Source: Eledone cirrhosa
Lineage: Eukaryota
Length of the DNA: 64,000 nucleotides
Assembly (NCBI GenBank): GCA_964016885.1
Contig: OZ024742.1
Location: 311,798,001 to 311,862,000 of the forward strand
Direction of reading: 5' to 3'
The number at the start of each line of letters is the position of its first letter. Positions within the stretch are counted from its first letter, which is position 1. Below are positions 1 to 13,897 of this stretch, one piece after another. Made by a program: the position numbers and the translations under genes. The notes below the pieces were generated by a model that was not told the DNA's origin, did not search any database, and was given only the letters and a program-made list of their open reading frames with translations.

Positions 1-32
1 CGTGTCCGTGAGTTGAGTATATATATATATGT

Positions 33-64
<32 letters not shown>

Positions 65-400
65 GATATATGTGTGTATCTATGTGTGTGTGTGTCTATG
101 TGTGTGTGTGTCTATGTGTGTGTGTGTCTATGTGTGTGTACGTGTGTCTGCGTATATGTGTGTATATGTGTGTATATGTCTGTGTCTGTGTGTGTATATC
201 TATGTGTCTCTGTGACTGTGTGCGTGAGCGTGTGTCTGTGTGTGTGTGTGTGTGTGTGTGTCTCTCCGCGTGTGTGTGTGTGTGCGTGTGTGTGTGTGTA
301 GGTATGGGTGAGTATGTATGTGTCTATGTGTGTGTGCGTGTGTATCTGTGTGTGTATGTCTGTGTGTCTGTGTGTGTGTATGTCTATGTGTGAGTGTGTC

Positions 401-438
<38 letters not shown>
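1..438. repeat. (TA)n/(TG)n compound microsatellite; representative of dozens of (TA)n, (TG)n, (CATA)n and (GA)n tracts across the window
   Basis: Direct reading; such tracts generate most YIYI/VCVC/THTH ORFs in the track. Confidence 0.95.
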
Positions 439-440
<2 letters not shown>

Positions 441-537
441 GAGTGTCCTAAAAATTGTATACACACTTCAACAGCATTCAAATAAAAATTTCCTGTACAA
501 GTAATCAAAGTGTGTGTACATTTTTTGGGACACCCTG
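439..537. mobile_element. Small Tc1/mariner-like MITE
   Basis: Imperfect TIR tagagtgtcctaaaaa / ttttttgggacaccctg in a TA context. Confidence 0.5.
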
Positions 538-580
538 CATATATATCTCCCCCCCAACTCTTTCTCAGAGTCACCCCCCA

Positions 581-615
581 CTCTCCTGATGAAGGGTTAT
601 GCCCGAAACGTCGCA
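581..615 (+). ncRNA. Degenerate minimal hammerhead motif (PLE-type)
   Basis: CTGATGA(586-592)-a-GGG-ttatg-CCC-GAAAC; the expected UH site reads GCA and stem I is not evident, so probably inactive. Confidence 0.5.
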
Positions 616-729
616 ACCACACCCCCACTCTCAGTAAGCGTGAAACTAATAATATTTGTAACATTTACTCCTGCGTTTGTCTGTTTTTTTGTTTTCTGAT
701 ATTCCGAGATATATATATATATATATATA

Positions 730-913
730 ACAAGGGAAGTGTGGTAATGAACCAGGTGGACCATAACGCACCAGAGTACTCGATACTTAGGATAGTAGAG
801 TGGGTAATAGGAAAATAGTCAGGACCCCGACAGCTGAGCTCCGACTGTTTCGACAGCTAGATCCGAACTCTAGCTGTCGAAATGACCGGAGCTTAGCCGT
901 CGGGGTCCTGACT
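730..913. mobile_element. PLE pseudo-LTR/tail island with fold-back 817-913 and the 3' half of a hammerhead
   Basis: Arms agtcaggaccccgac...ctag / ctag...gtcggggtcctgact, loop 861-869. Minus strand reads GAAA-cag...ctg-TC (GUC site). Same family at about 4015-4127, 15355-15440, 15510-15694, 26805-26925 and 60880-61022. Confidence 0.7.
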
Positions 914-916
914 CTT

Positions 917-1014
<98 letters not shown>

Positions 1015-1062
1015 AACATATAAACACACATACTCTTACATACGTACATACATACATATATA

Positions 1063-1529
1063 CATGACAGCTGCCCCCTCGTTATCGAATATGGCCATTG
1101 CACGATATACCATTATTAATAATTATTAACTAATTCTATCGTGCAATGCCTGTGCGTGAAGATATTTTTTAAAGTGAGGCAAGACTGTGCACTGAGCCAA
1201 TCCCACTCTCTGAGCGACAGTAGCTATAACCCGAAAAGAAGAACATCATCGGTAACTACTGAGCCGCAGGTTTTATATCGGAGTTATCCCAATTTCCTGA
1301 GTTGCCTTCTCCTAGAAGAATGCCCTGACAAAGGCTAGGGGTCCTTCACTACCAGTGGTTTAACCGCGCGATCGGGTGTCCAGCCCGACTATTTCTATGT
1401 CTCCGCGCATATACACACACATGCACCTATGTATATACACATATACATATACATACATATGTATATGTATGTATACATATTTACACACTTTTGGATGGCC
1501 GTTGACTTTTATGAGTTCTTCCGCCCTAC
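1063..1529 (-). mobile_element. RTE-derived non-autonomous element (divergent subfamily), interrupted by a microsatellite
   Basis: Minus strand has the RTE 5'UTR-like motif ctaggagaagg and the 3' end tggccatattcgataacgaggggcagc; similar to 33761-34369. Confidence 0.6.
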
Positions 1530-1668
1530 ACATACATACATACATACATACATACATACATACATACATACATACATACATACATACATACATACATACA
1601 TACATACACATACATACATACATACATACATACATACATACATACATACATACATACACATACATACA

Positions 1669-1700
<32 letters not shown>

Positions 1701-1897
1701 CATACATACATACATACATGCATACATACATACATATACATACATACATACATACATACATACATACACATACATACATACATACATACATACACATACA
1801 TACATACATACATACATACACATACATACATACATACATACATATACATACATACATACATACATACATACATACATAATACATACATACACATACA

Positions 1898-1929
<32 letters not shown>

Positions 1930-1951
1930 CATACATACATACATACATACA

Positions 1952-1983
<32 letters not shown>

Positions 1984-2017
1984 CATACATACATACATAC
2001 ATACATACATACATACA
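1530..2017. repeat. (CATA)n microsatellite
   Basis: Direct reading. Confidence 0.95.
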
Positions 2018-2215
2018 TACTGAACTTGGATTTGTGGACAAAAAGCGCAGCTCCCTAATTCATAGTCTACAAATGGCTGCGATAGCTGGCACCTTCAAAA
2101 TTTGCAAAACATTCTTGCGATTCAAGGGATGACAATTTCTTTTCTTTTATAACCTTGCCACCAGGAAGGTGGCCGGTCAAAAAAATATACTCGAAATTAA
2201 GAGAAAGAGAAAACA
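2018..2215 (+). mobile_element. 3' end of an R4/Dong-like (RLE-type) LINE within (CATA)n
   Basis: Translates TELGFVDKKRSSLIHSLQMAAIAGTFKICKTFLRFKG*; 3'UTR shared with 36190-36505. Confidence 0.6.
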
Positions 2216-2303
2216 TACATACATACAAATATACATACATACAAATATACATACATACATACATACACACATACACATACATACATACATACATACATAC
2301 ACA

Positions 2304-2335
<32 letters not shown>

Positions 2336-2541
2336 CACATACACATACATACATACATACATACATACATACATACATACATACATACATACATACATAC
2401 ATACATACATACATACATACACATGTGCATATTAATTTCAAGTGCACTGGGAATGTAACCGTCATTGAACATCATAATAGAGTTCTAACGAAAATAATAA
2501 AAAAATAACAGAAAGATCTTGCGATATATAGATATATATAT

Positions 2542-2576
<35 letters not shown>

Positions 2577-2789
2577 TAGATAGAGGGAGGGGAATAGAGA
2601 ATTAGTGAGGGGACAGAGGTATAGTTGGAGAGTACAATAAATGGAGAGGGGGAGAAAGAGAGAGAAGGGGCAGAAGAAGAGAGAGAAAAAGAGAGAGAGT
2701 GAGAGAGAGAGAGAGAGAGTGAGAGAGAGAGAGAAAGAAAGATAGGGAGAGAGAGAAAGAGAAAGAGAGAGAGGTGAGAGTTATGAGGT

Positions 2790-2828
<39 letters not shown>

Positions 2829-2910
2829 GGACAGAAATATAATTGGAGAGAACAATAAATAGAGAGGGGAGGAGAGCGAAAGAGAGAGTGAGAGAAAGAG
2901 AATGAATGAA

Positions 2911-2941
<31 letters not shown>

Positions 2942-3585
2942 GAGAGAAGTGAGAGTTAAGAGATGTAAGTGTGTGTATGTGTGTATGTGTGTATGTGTAT
3001 ATACTGTATATGGTACTTCTACACAGCTTAGCAGCAGAAAGCCTCTTACTGATATTATTAAACACCAGATTCATTTTGCTTCCCAGCTGGAAACTTTTAC
3101 TAAGGACTATAGCATTATAAAATAACGCAGGTAAGTTTACTATTCTACACACATGCGTGTATCATAATATGAAGAAAAAACAACAACACACATTGAGTAG
3201 ATATATATATTTATATATATATATATATATATAAACACATACAAACACAACGATAAATTTATCCAGATGCAAGTAGATTGATATGGCAGTTATATATATT
3301 TCTCTGATAGCTATTTCTTTCTTTGTCAATTTGTAACGTGAATGAACACACACACATACACGAACACACAAATATATATATATTTATTCAGTGTGTATGT
3401 GCATGTATGTATATATATATATATATATGTGCATGTATTATATAAGTATATTTTATAGTTGAGACAGTAAACAAAAAACAAAAAAAAACAACATGGAAGC
3501 GAAGAGGCAGTACAAAATGTTAATATTAGTTTCACGCATGAGAGTGATATATATATATATATATATGGATATATACATACATATG

Positions 3586-3633
<48 letters not shown>

Positions 3634-3686
3634 TCTATATATATGGATATATATATATGGATATATACATATATATATATGGATAT

Positions 3687-3728
<42 letters not shown>

Positions 3729-3738
3729 ATATATACAC

Positions 3739-3832
<94 letters not shown>

Positions 3833-3870
3833 ATATATACACATGTATATCTATATCTCTCTATCTATAT

Positions 3871-3935
3871 ATGAAATCATCAGGAATGTCCTGATGATTT
3901 CATACGAATGAAATAGATCTGGACGTGTAGAAGTC
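3871..3935 (+). ncRNA. Hammerhead motif with an adjacent micro fold-back
   Basis: CTGATGA(3891-97) t-ttc-atac-gaa-t GAAA ta...tg TA; the upstream sequence is an inverted copy (atgaaatcatcagga/tcctgatgatttcat), so stem I is weak. Confidence 0.55.
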
Positions 3936-3946
3936 ATTTTGTTTAA

Positions 3947-4017
<71 letters not shown>

Positions 4018-4369
4018 AACGAGTAGGACCCCGACGGCTGAGCTCAAGCCGTTTCGACGGCTAATTCTGGACTGAGTACTTTGGTGCGTTATGGTCCACC
4101 TGGTTCCTTACCACATTTCCTCCGTTATATATATATATATATATATATTTATTAAAATAACAGATTAAAGTTTAAGCAAAGAATCGCGTATATAAGTATT
4201 TAAGCAAAATGGCGACATGTTAAGATAGAAATGAATACCTTGTTGACAATAATGTACAAACAGGATAGTTCGCGACTTAAAGTTTATAGTTTATATATCT
4301 ATATCTATCAATCTATCTCTCTATACATGTATAATACACACACACACTCACATATATATATGTTTATAT

Positions 4370-4526
<157 letters not shown>

Positions 4527-4579
4527 TATATATGAATGTATTCATATACTATATATATATATTTGTGTGTGTGTGTGTG

Positions 4580-4627
<48 letters not shown>

Positions 4628-4632
<5 letters not shown>

Positions 4633-4840
4633 TTATCCCGGGTTCAATCGGGGGTAACCACAGTAAGTAAGGTACTCAATACATAGCAGAGTATAATATT
4701 TAATATAGAAATGGCTTCTACAGGACTAGAACTGTAGAAGTTAGAAAACGTTCTATACAGTTCACGTTATATAAGGAAATATATATATATACTGATGATT
4801 TCTCCTGAATTAAACAGTTCTAGTCCTGTAGAAGCCATTT
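4628..4840. mobile_element. PLE tail island, same family as 13262-13980, with a degenerate hammerhead (GAAA mutated to TAAA)
   Basis: Reverse complement of the 13876-13980 tail at 4630-4735; CTGATGAtttctcctgaatTAAAcagttctagtcctgTAgaagcc at about 4792-4837. Confidence 0.6.
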
Positions 4841-4860
4841 CTCTCTCTCTCTCTCTCTCT

Positions 4861-4926
<66 letters not shown>

Positions 4927-5162
4927 GTATTCCTTGTTTTATTTTATTATAATACACTCTGTTTAGCTCTACACCTCGATACAGAAATGAACCTAAACAT
5001 CGAGTGCTCACCCGGGTGAACCTACAGTAACTCCGCGTTACACTCCCTGGATATATATATATATAAGTGTGGAGGTTAGAAAACGTTCTATGCAGTCTAC
5101 GTTATATAAGGAAATATATATATATACTTATGTATAGATTGATGTGTATTTATATATATATA

Positions 5163-5315
5163 CATGGACACACTAGAAGAGGAAGACCAAGGTTAACATA
5201 TGTTGATGCCCTAAGGACAGACACTGGTCTGTTGGAGATGCAGGATATGGCAGCGATAATGAGGGACAGAGACCGCTGGAGAGAACTCGTCCATGGATCT
5301 CGGGAATTTTACCCG

Positions 5316-5320
<5 letters not shown>
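5163..5320 (+). mobile_element. 3'-terminal RTE-like LINE fragment within (TA)n
   Basis: [39 protein letters not shown]; near-identical copy at 61157-61304. Confidence 0.7.
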
Positions 5321-5398
<78 letters not shown>

Positions 5399-5870
5399 TA
5401 GATACATTTATGCATACATACCCTTGTGATAACTCTCGGACATTATTATTTGTGTCAAAAGCTTACACATTTCTTCAATGACTCGCTCCCATTGTGTATC
5501 GGCCTTCATCTTGTACGTCTTGCATTGCTAATGAAGTTTAACACATGAATAACAACAGGATGGTGTCACACGTTGCAATATACACATACATACATACACA
5601 CATACATAAATACACACACTCACTCACATAGACACAACAAATATATATATATATAATAAGGGTTGACAGACCCAGCATATTTATCAATGCCAGTACCGGT
5701 TGTATCTCAGCGCACTCAATGGGCAAAGTAAGATACATTACCAGAGTATACACATAGTTATTTGCCTCAACACAACACACGTAAAACGGGTGCCTATATA
5801 TATATATATACACAATAGACATATACAGAGGTATAGAAAACTAGACATGCATGCATTTATATATATATAT

Positions 5871-5949
<79 letters not shown>

Positions 5950-6158
5950 TTATTAAAATAACAGATTAAAGTTTAAGCAAAGAATCGCTGCTTTCACCCT
6001 TAACAGGATCTTCTGAATATATACAATATATATATCTTAAACTTTAATCTGTTATTTTAGTAAATATTTGCTCTATGGTTCTTATATATCTGATATATAT
6101 ATTTATCCTTATCGAGCCCTCTTTGGATTTTAGTCTTCAAATTTATTATTATTACTAT
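5950..6158. mobile_element. PLE tail family (ttaaaataacagattaaagtttaagcaaagaatcgc) with internal inversion
   Basis: Other copies at 4150-4186, 10372-10869, 30040-30115 and 32819-33040. Confidence 0.6.
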
Positions 6159-6159
6159 A

Positions 6160-6277
6160 TCTGAGTTCAAATCCCGCCGAGGTTGACTTTGCCTTTCATC
6201 CTTACGGGGTCGATAAAATAAAGTACCAGTAATGCACTGGATAGTTGCTGGCCTTGTGCCTAAAGTAGAAACAATTA
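6160..6277 (+). mobile_element. tRNA-derived SINE (most abundant family), 5'-truncated
   Basis: B-box-like gagttcaaatcc, core tttgcctttcatccttacggggtcgataaa, tail gctggccttgtgcc..aagtagaaacaatt. Confidence 0.85.
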
Positions 6278-6326
6278 CTATATATATATATATATATATA
6301 AATATATAAGAAGAAATATATATCTA

Positions 6327-6368
<42 letters not shown>

Positions 6369-6427
6369 CACACACACACTCGCACACACACATATATATA
6401 TATGCTTATATATATATAAATATATGG

Positions 6428-6466
<39 letters not shown>

Positions 6467-6542
6467 CTGTATATAAATACATATATGTATATACATATGT
6501 ATCATATATACATGTATATAAATATCTATATATCTATATATC

Positions 6543-6613
<71 letters not shown>

Positions 6614-7881
6614 AATATATATTATACATATGTATATACGTATAAATGCAGTTTACATATCTAGTTATCTATATCAATATATATGCATATTATGTGTACA
6701 CACACACACACACGTATATATATATAACGTTCGTATGTGTATACACCTGAATAGTAGCTATAGTCTACTTTCTCTTTATTCTAAATTAACAGAATGCAAC
6801 AGCTGTCATGCAATAACTGGCTTTCGTCACACATTTTTATAAATCCTGCTACTAGATTTAATGGCGTATAGCACCTGTCTATCTGACCCATCTTTCTTCT
6901 GATACTTTTGTTTGATTAAATACATAAATACATACATACATACATACATACATACATACATACATACATACATACATACATACATACATACATACATACA
7001 TACATACATACATGTATGTGTATGTGTGTTTGAAATTTGTACCTCGCAGAAATCTAATTATACTTGAATTTGATAAAGAAACCAAACGAGTTTCAAACTA
7101 CATAGTAGTTACATAGATCGCTTGGGAAAAAAATCTATTCTAAAATGGCAGCCGATGAGTAGTTTCCATGAATATAACAAAGAAACATTGAAAACAAAAG
7201 ATTACCTTAATCCTATAGCTACCGAATTAAGACTAAGCTGATAAAATAAGATGCTAGTAGCCGACATATTTCAGTTATTTTAATATTCGCACACTTTTAG
7301 ATAGCTGGAAAAAGGTTCTTATTATTTTAATGTGTGATTTGAGTGAGTGTGACCGCAATAGCTTCAAATTTGGCTGCTTTTAGTGAATTATTTTAAGTGT
7401 CGGGAAAAGTGATTATTACAGATAATACTTCTACTTAAACAAATTCGAGGTAGCAAAGGGACCTGTATGAAGTTGTTCGTGCTAAATACAACAGCCAAAT
7501 TATACTCAAAATATACTCTATTATTTTAAAAACGAAACGGGTTTGTCATTTTAGGAATATTTTTGATCATTGGTCTACTTGATCAGGGTTGAACCTTCGA
7601 CTAAACAACAGAAAATAATATTAGAAATAAGATTTTTTTTTCTCCCCATTTTCAAGGATTGCCTTTTCATATTGTTTTTAATTTATTGTGATCACACTGT
7701 TTGACATAATGCGCAGACATACACACGCATACATCCATCCATACTCACGCACATACACACACCCACAAACTCATATACATTCATGTATGTATATATATAT
7801 ACACATAAATATATGTGTGTATATGTATATATTATATATATATATATACATATATATGTATATATATATATATATATATAC

Positions 7882-7959
<78 letters not shown>

Positions 7960-8032
7960 GAATGTATATATATAATAGAAAAAAAAACGAGAAAATTTTG
8001 TTTACATATGAAAAATATTTATTGCGTTTCGA

Positions 8033-8113
8033 CCTGTTACGCGCGTTTCGCAGAGGATTGGCTCAAGGTGACCCATAGGAGTTATGGACCTATCGATCTG
8101 CTCCTCAGACTGG
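8033..8113 (-). ncRNA. Type I hammerhead ribozyme with an extended stem II
   Basis: Minus strand: ccagt CTGAGGA gcaga...tctgc GAAA cgcgcg TA acagg. Palindromic stem III ACGCGCGU; stem I 4 of 5 bp. Confidence 0.7.
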
Positions 8114-8357
8114 CGATGTGACAAAAGATATATTTATGTTATGGTATGTAGACCGAGAATATATATATATATAGGCATTGGCCCTATTTTTTGTGTGCAT
8201 GGTCGTATGTCTATGTACTGGTGTAATTTGTGGGGCGGCAATGCGGGTGTATACTCACCGGTATTCATGTGCGTATTCACGTGGGCGCGCGAGCAATTAA
8301 GGATTCGCGTGTGTGTGTGTGAGTGTGCGCGCGTGTGGACGAGTTTTGGAATGTGTA

Positions 8358-8410
<53 letters not shown>

Positions 8411-8433
8411 GACGAGTTTGGGAATGTGTACAC

Positions 8434-8478
<45 letters not shown>

Positions 8479-8650
8479 GTGTGTGTATGTGAGTTGATTT
8501 GCGCAATTGCCTACCTACCAACTACATAAACATGCATTTGAAGCTATACAGTAGAGTATTAGTTTCCCTTTAAGAAGCATTTTCGAATGGGCGTCGTATC
8601 AACCTCCTTGAATGAGACAGTTAACACTTCGCGTTTTAATGTGTGCTTCA

Positions 8651-8754
8651 TATATTGGCAGAGTAAAGTATGAGATTTGTAGAAATTTGTTTTGTTTCTA
8701 CAAATTTCTACAAATTTCATACTTGACGACCCAATATATTGGCAGAGTAAAGTA
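8651..8754. mobile_element. Degenerate copy of the mariner-like MITE at 49577-49655
   Basis: Shares tacaaatttcatacttgacgacccaata; flanked by a direct repeat tatattggcagagtaaagta. Confidence 0.5.
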
Positions 8755-9042
8755 AAACATAAACAAATGAAATAAACTAAAAGGCATTAGTTGTTTTCAC
8801 ACAGAGTGTAATAAATACAGTTACTGAAAGAGCCAGGAGGGATTTAAAACACTTTATAATATGGCACAAGCTAAAACAAAGATCGAGTTTTCGGTGACGA
8901 AGTGGTGTTAATATTTGATAACCATATTATTTGAAACATACACCACGCGTATAAGATGAGTATACTTTTATATAAAGTACGTGATTTTGATAATGTATAT
9001 ATATATATATACATTATATACATATTTATATATATATATATG

Positions 9043-9111
<69 letters not shown>

Positions 9112-9142
9112 GTATATGTGTATATATGTATATATCTGTGTG

Positions 9143-9186
<44 letters not shown>

Positions 9187-9283
9187 AATATAACCTAATG
9201 TTTGTTGAGTGAGATGGTTACCAGTCAGAGTTTAGCTTTAAACTATCTCTGTTATTGTATTAAATATATATATATATATATAC

Positions 9284-9375
<92 letters not shown>

Positions 9376-9813
9376 TTGAACATCTGTATTCAGCATTCGA
9401 AGTATGCATGAAATTTATCTCCTATTTTCCCTGAAGTAGAGAATTTTTTTAAGTGTTCACCCATACACACATTCACAGACAGACACATATGTGCATACAT
9501 ATAGACAGGAGGCTCGCCCATCCTTATAGACACACTTATACGTGCATGTACATGAGATCCTATCATTTTCACTTCCTCATTATCCGTAGCAAATAGCTGT
9601 TATTAGTTTCCCTCTCTACACTACCAACTTTTTCTTCATTACATACATACGTCTCTCCCCCTCTCGCCCTCTCCCTCTATCTCTCCCCGCCCCTCTCTCT
9701 CTCAGACACACACAAGCAAACACAACCACACATTCACACTCTGAGCCATACACGCATCTAAAACATAACATTAATTTCCTTTCATATAATAATTTTGAAC
9801 CTAAATGGGGTGC

Positions 9814-9865
<52 letters not shown>

Positions 9866-9927
9866 TACATATATATATATATACATATATATATAATATA
9901 TATATATATTATATATATATATATATA

Positions 9928-10156
9928 TAATATATAAGAACAAAAGATGGTTAAAAGAGTTCCATGTATTTTATTATGCGCATTTCAAAAACAAATATCA
10001 TCATGCAATAATATTTGTGTTTTCATCAGATAAAACATGAAGACATGATATGAAGGTTAAAAAACACAAATATTATTGCATGATGATATTTGTTTTTGAA
10101 ATGCGCATAATACAATACATTGAACTCTTTTAACCATCTTTTGTTCTTATATATTA
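9928..10156. mobile_element. Fold-back PLE pLTR island
   Basis: Inverted arms about 9928-10023 and 10061-10156, next to (TA)n. Confidence 0.75.
9967..10037 (-). ncRNA. Type I hammerhead ribozyme
   Basis: Minus strand: tgttttat CTGATGA [aaacacaaatattat..atgatatttgttttt] GAAA tgcgca TA ataaaata. 8-bp stem I; palindromic stem III AUGCGCAU. Confidence 0.8.
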
Positions 10157-10243
10157 TGTATACTCCAGTCCTACAAACTGTAGAGTGCTTATTATCCGAT
10201 ATCTGCATTGCTTTATTGTACTACAATAAAACTCACCTCCTAC

Positions 10244-10358
<115 letters not shown>

Positions 10359-10453
10359 TTATAGTAATAATAATAAAATTGAAGACTAAAATCCAAAGAG
10401 GGCTCGATAAGAAAAATATATATCAAATATATAAGAACCGAAGAGCAAATATT

Positions 10454-10869
10454 TATTAAAATAACAGATTAAAGTTTAAGCAAAGAATCGCTGCTTTCAC
10501 CCTTAACGGGATCTTCTGAAACTAACAAAGTCAATCTGTAAACGCAGTACTGGATATTTCAAAAAACGTCTCTATGCACCACTTAGAGAACATTAGTCTA
10601 CGACCTCTTTTATACCATAAACGTGGTTTTGTCTTTGCGCGTAATTGTTTTTCACCGCTCCTATTAATGACGTATTATTCGTTTTTTCCCGTTCTTTGCC
10701 AGCGAACGTCACCATGAACCAAAGTATCGTCTTCCTGTCTTCCTCCGGTTGCAACGTTTTTTGAAATATCCAGTACTGCGTTTACAGATTGACTTTGTTA
10801 GTTTCAGAAGATCCCGTTAAGGGTGAAAGCAGCGATTCTTTGCTTAAACTTTAATCTGTTATTTTAATA
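10454..10869. mobile_element. Fold-back PLE island with 116-bp inverted arms, each with a mutated hammerhead core (CAGAAGA)
   Basis: 10454-10569 is the reverse complement of 10754-10869. Confidence 0.75.
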
Positions 10870-11422
10870 ATATATATTATATATATATATTATATATATT
10901 ATGTGCGTGTGTGCATGTATGAATGTATAGGTGTGCGTTCATGTAATGTGTATATACAGCGTGTTCGCCCTCAATTTCGCCATTACTGTAGGATGGGGCA
11001 ATTTTCTGTTTTATCATTATGAAGAGTGGTGCATTGTCATCAGCAATTACTTGCCGCAGAATTGTAAAACAATATAAATATTCTACAGTTTTGCAAAAGA
11101 TTACAAGTTTTGTCTAAAGAAAATGTCACCCTATACATTACACTAAATAAATACACATTTCAGACTAGATGCTATAATAGAGAGGAATTGTAGCCGGGGA
11201 AAGAGGGAGAAATGTGAATAACAGACAATAGGCAGCTATAGTATCCATGATATTTCCTCATTACCTCCTTACGGACAACTGATGCAGTACACCAGGTCCG
11301 AACACAGAAGAGCCGAACACCCTCTGTCATCGCCTCTATCTCTCTCGCCATCCCCATTTCTCTCTCTCTATTTTGAGCAAATGGGGTCCCGCGTGCTGGC
11401 GGCCCCACAGCCCAGTTTAACA

Positions 11423-11607
11423 CAGTGGTTCCCAAAGTGGGTTCCGCGGAACAAAAGCGTTTCGCAAAAGAGTGTCTGGGGTTCCATGACAAAAGGTAGA
11501 GGAGTATATTTTTATTACAACCATATAACAGTATTAGACTTTAAGGTTCCCCCAAAAGCTTCTGAACCAAAAAGGGTTCCGCGTTTGAAAAAGTTTGGGA
11601 AACTCTG
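11423..11607. mobile_element. hAT-type MITE
   Basis: TIR cagtggttcccaaa / tttgggaaactctg; 8-bp TSD gtttaaca / gtttaacc. Confidence 0.8.
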
Positions 11608-11822
11608 GTTTAACCTATTATTCATAATACATATTTCTTAATTCTGTTAATATATTCCTTAATAAATATGGTACATTCTTTCTCTTCTCTTCTCTTCGCT
11701 TCTACTTTGTCCACTTATTTCTGGGTGGGTCATGAGGGCAGCATCCTCAAATACGCCTTCCAGCGGGTTCTCTCAGAAGCAACTGTCTCCCATTGATCCA
11801 AATGGATTCCCAAGCTTGACCA

Positions 11823-12076
11823 CAAGGGCGGTGGGAGCATTTTTGAGAAGGGTGGGGTGGGTCAAATTTGGTCAATTTATTTGTAGTGATTAGTTTAGCT
11901 TATCAAATATCAACCAAGATATATATATAAAAAAAAACTTCGATATGCAATAAACATAACATACATACATTGTAGCGCATATACAAATAGATGTGTGTTT
12001 TGGTAAATTGGTGAGAAAAACATAATTATTGAGGGGGTGGGGTTGACATCCCTCCACCCTGTTGCACCGCCCCTGA
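11823..12076. mobile_element. Probable MITE
   Basis: TIR-like caagggcggtg / caccgcccctg; TSD unclear. Confidence 0.4.
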
Positions 12077-12299
12077 CCAGCCGAATTCATGGATGTTATC
12101 GTTAAATAAAGTCAGCCCAATGTTGACCGAATCATTTATATTAATTTGATCAACATAGTATATTTACGATAACGTAAGGTGCGGCAATTAGGTTTTATAA
12201 AACTTGTAATCCTTTGCAAAACTTCAGCATGTTTACCCCCTCCCTTTACAATTCTGCAACAAGTAACCATTGATGTCAACGTCTCACACTTCATAAATG

Positions 12300-12725
12300 T
12301 TTCTAGTTTAGGCACAAAGCCAGTAATTTGAAGGGAAGAGCAAAGTCGATTAAATCAACCTCAGTGCATTACTGGTATTTTATTTTATTTACCCCGCAAG
12401 GATAAAAGGCAAAGCTAAATTCGGCGGGATTTGAACTTAGACCGTAAAGGGCTGTAACTCTATGCTGCAAAGCATGGTCTCCGACACTCCACTGATATAA
12501 CAATCCACCGCCCTCTCACTCATTCTTTGTAATAATAACTGTTTCTACTTTAGGCACAAGGCCAGCAATTACCCAGTGCATTACTGGTACTTTATTTTAT
12601 CGACCCCGTAAGGATGAAAGGCAAAGTCAACCTCGGCGGGATTTGAACTCAGATCGTAAAGGGTCGTAACTTTGCTGGAAAGCATGGCGTCCGACCATCT
12701 ACCGATACTGCCAATACACCGCCCT
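12300..12725 (-). mobile_element. Two tandem tRNA-derived SINEs
   Basis: Two reverse-complement copies of the SINE consensus. Confidence 0.85.
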
Positions 12726-12788
12726 TTGATTCTTTATAATAATAACATTCGCTAGACTTTACAGTAATGACAAAATTGAGAGGAATAT

Positions 12789-12838
<50 letters not shown>

Positions 12839-13038
12839 ATCTTTTTTTTAGAAGCGTTTAGCAGATATGTATTTATTGAAGATTAACTTAAAAGATTTTG
12901 ACTAGGAAAAATAGTTTTACAAATTGGGCATAAAATCCCTTGGACGGAAAAAAGTTGACAGGGTCCAGAAACTTTATGCTCAATTCGTCAGACTATTTTT
13001 TATGATAAAAAATACGTTGAAGTTTCTAAGTTAATCTT

Positions 13039-13090
<52 letters not shown>

Positions 13091-13125
13091 ATATATATAT
13101 ATGTATATATGTATATATATATATA

Positions 13126-13265
<140 letters not shown>

Positions 13266-13277
13266 TTAATATAGATG

Positions 13278-13328
13278 AGATTCTACAGGACTAGAACTGT
13301 TTCATTCATTAGAAATCATCAGGAATCT
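13278..13328 (-). ncRNA. Type I hammerhead ribozyme (inverted copy)
   Basis: Reverse complement of 13847-13897. Confidence 0.75.
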
Positions 13329-13846
13329 GGGTATCAAAAAATAAATATGGTATTTATAGGTCTCTACAGGTGGTAGGAGAGGGTGGGGAGTGGGATGGGT
13401 GCAGGTCATTGGTTGATAGAGAAGGGAATTCATTAAAAGCTAATTCTACATAGCTATAGTTAATTTATATTTATTTATGTTTTTAGAGTAACAAAGGCAG
13501 ACAGAATTCTATAAACAGGTTCTGGATGGCGTACCATTCCTTGTCAATAAGTTTCTCTTAAGCTAGCAGATGTCTATAAAATCAGTGGGGGGTCATTCAT
13601 GCTCGATAGAATTAAAGAAAAGGGAGATTCTTTACATTAAGGTTCTGCTAAGTGACAAAGGTCTAGGGAATTCTGCAGACAGATTCAAAATACTGAGTGC
13701 ATATCTTACTATTATCTTCGAACTTCTCTTAAACTAATCAACAATATGCCAAATCAACAGACACATTCACAAAAAAACAAAAAAACCCAATAAAACAAAA
13801 AAACCAGAAAAACAAAAGAAACCACACCTAAAAAACAAAAAAACAC

Positions 13847-13897
13847 AGATTCCTGATGATTTCTAATGAATGAAACAGTTCTAGTCCTGTAGAATCT
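13847..13897 (+). ncRNA. Type I hammerhead ribozyme
   Basis: agattc CTGATGA t-ttc-taat-gaa-t GAAA cag-ttctagtc-ctg TA gaatct. 6-bp stem I, 4-bp stem III, predicted GUA cleavage after 13891. Confidence 0.8.
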
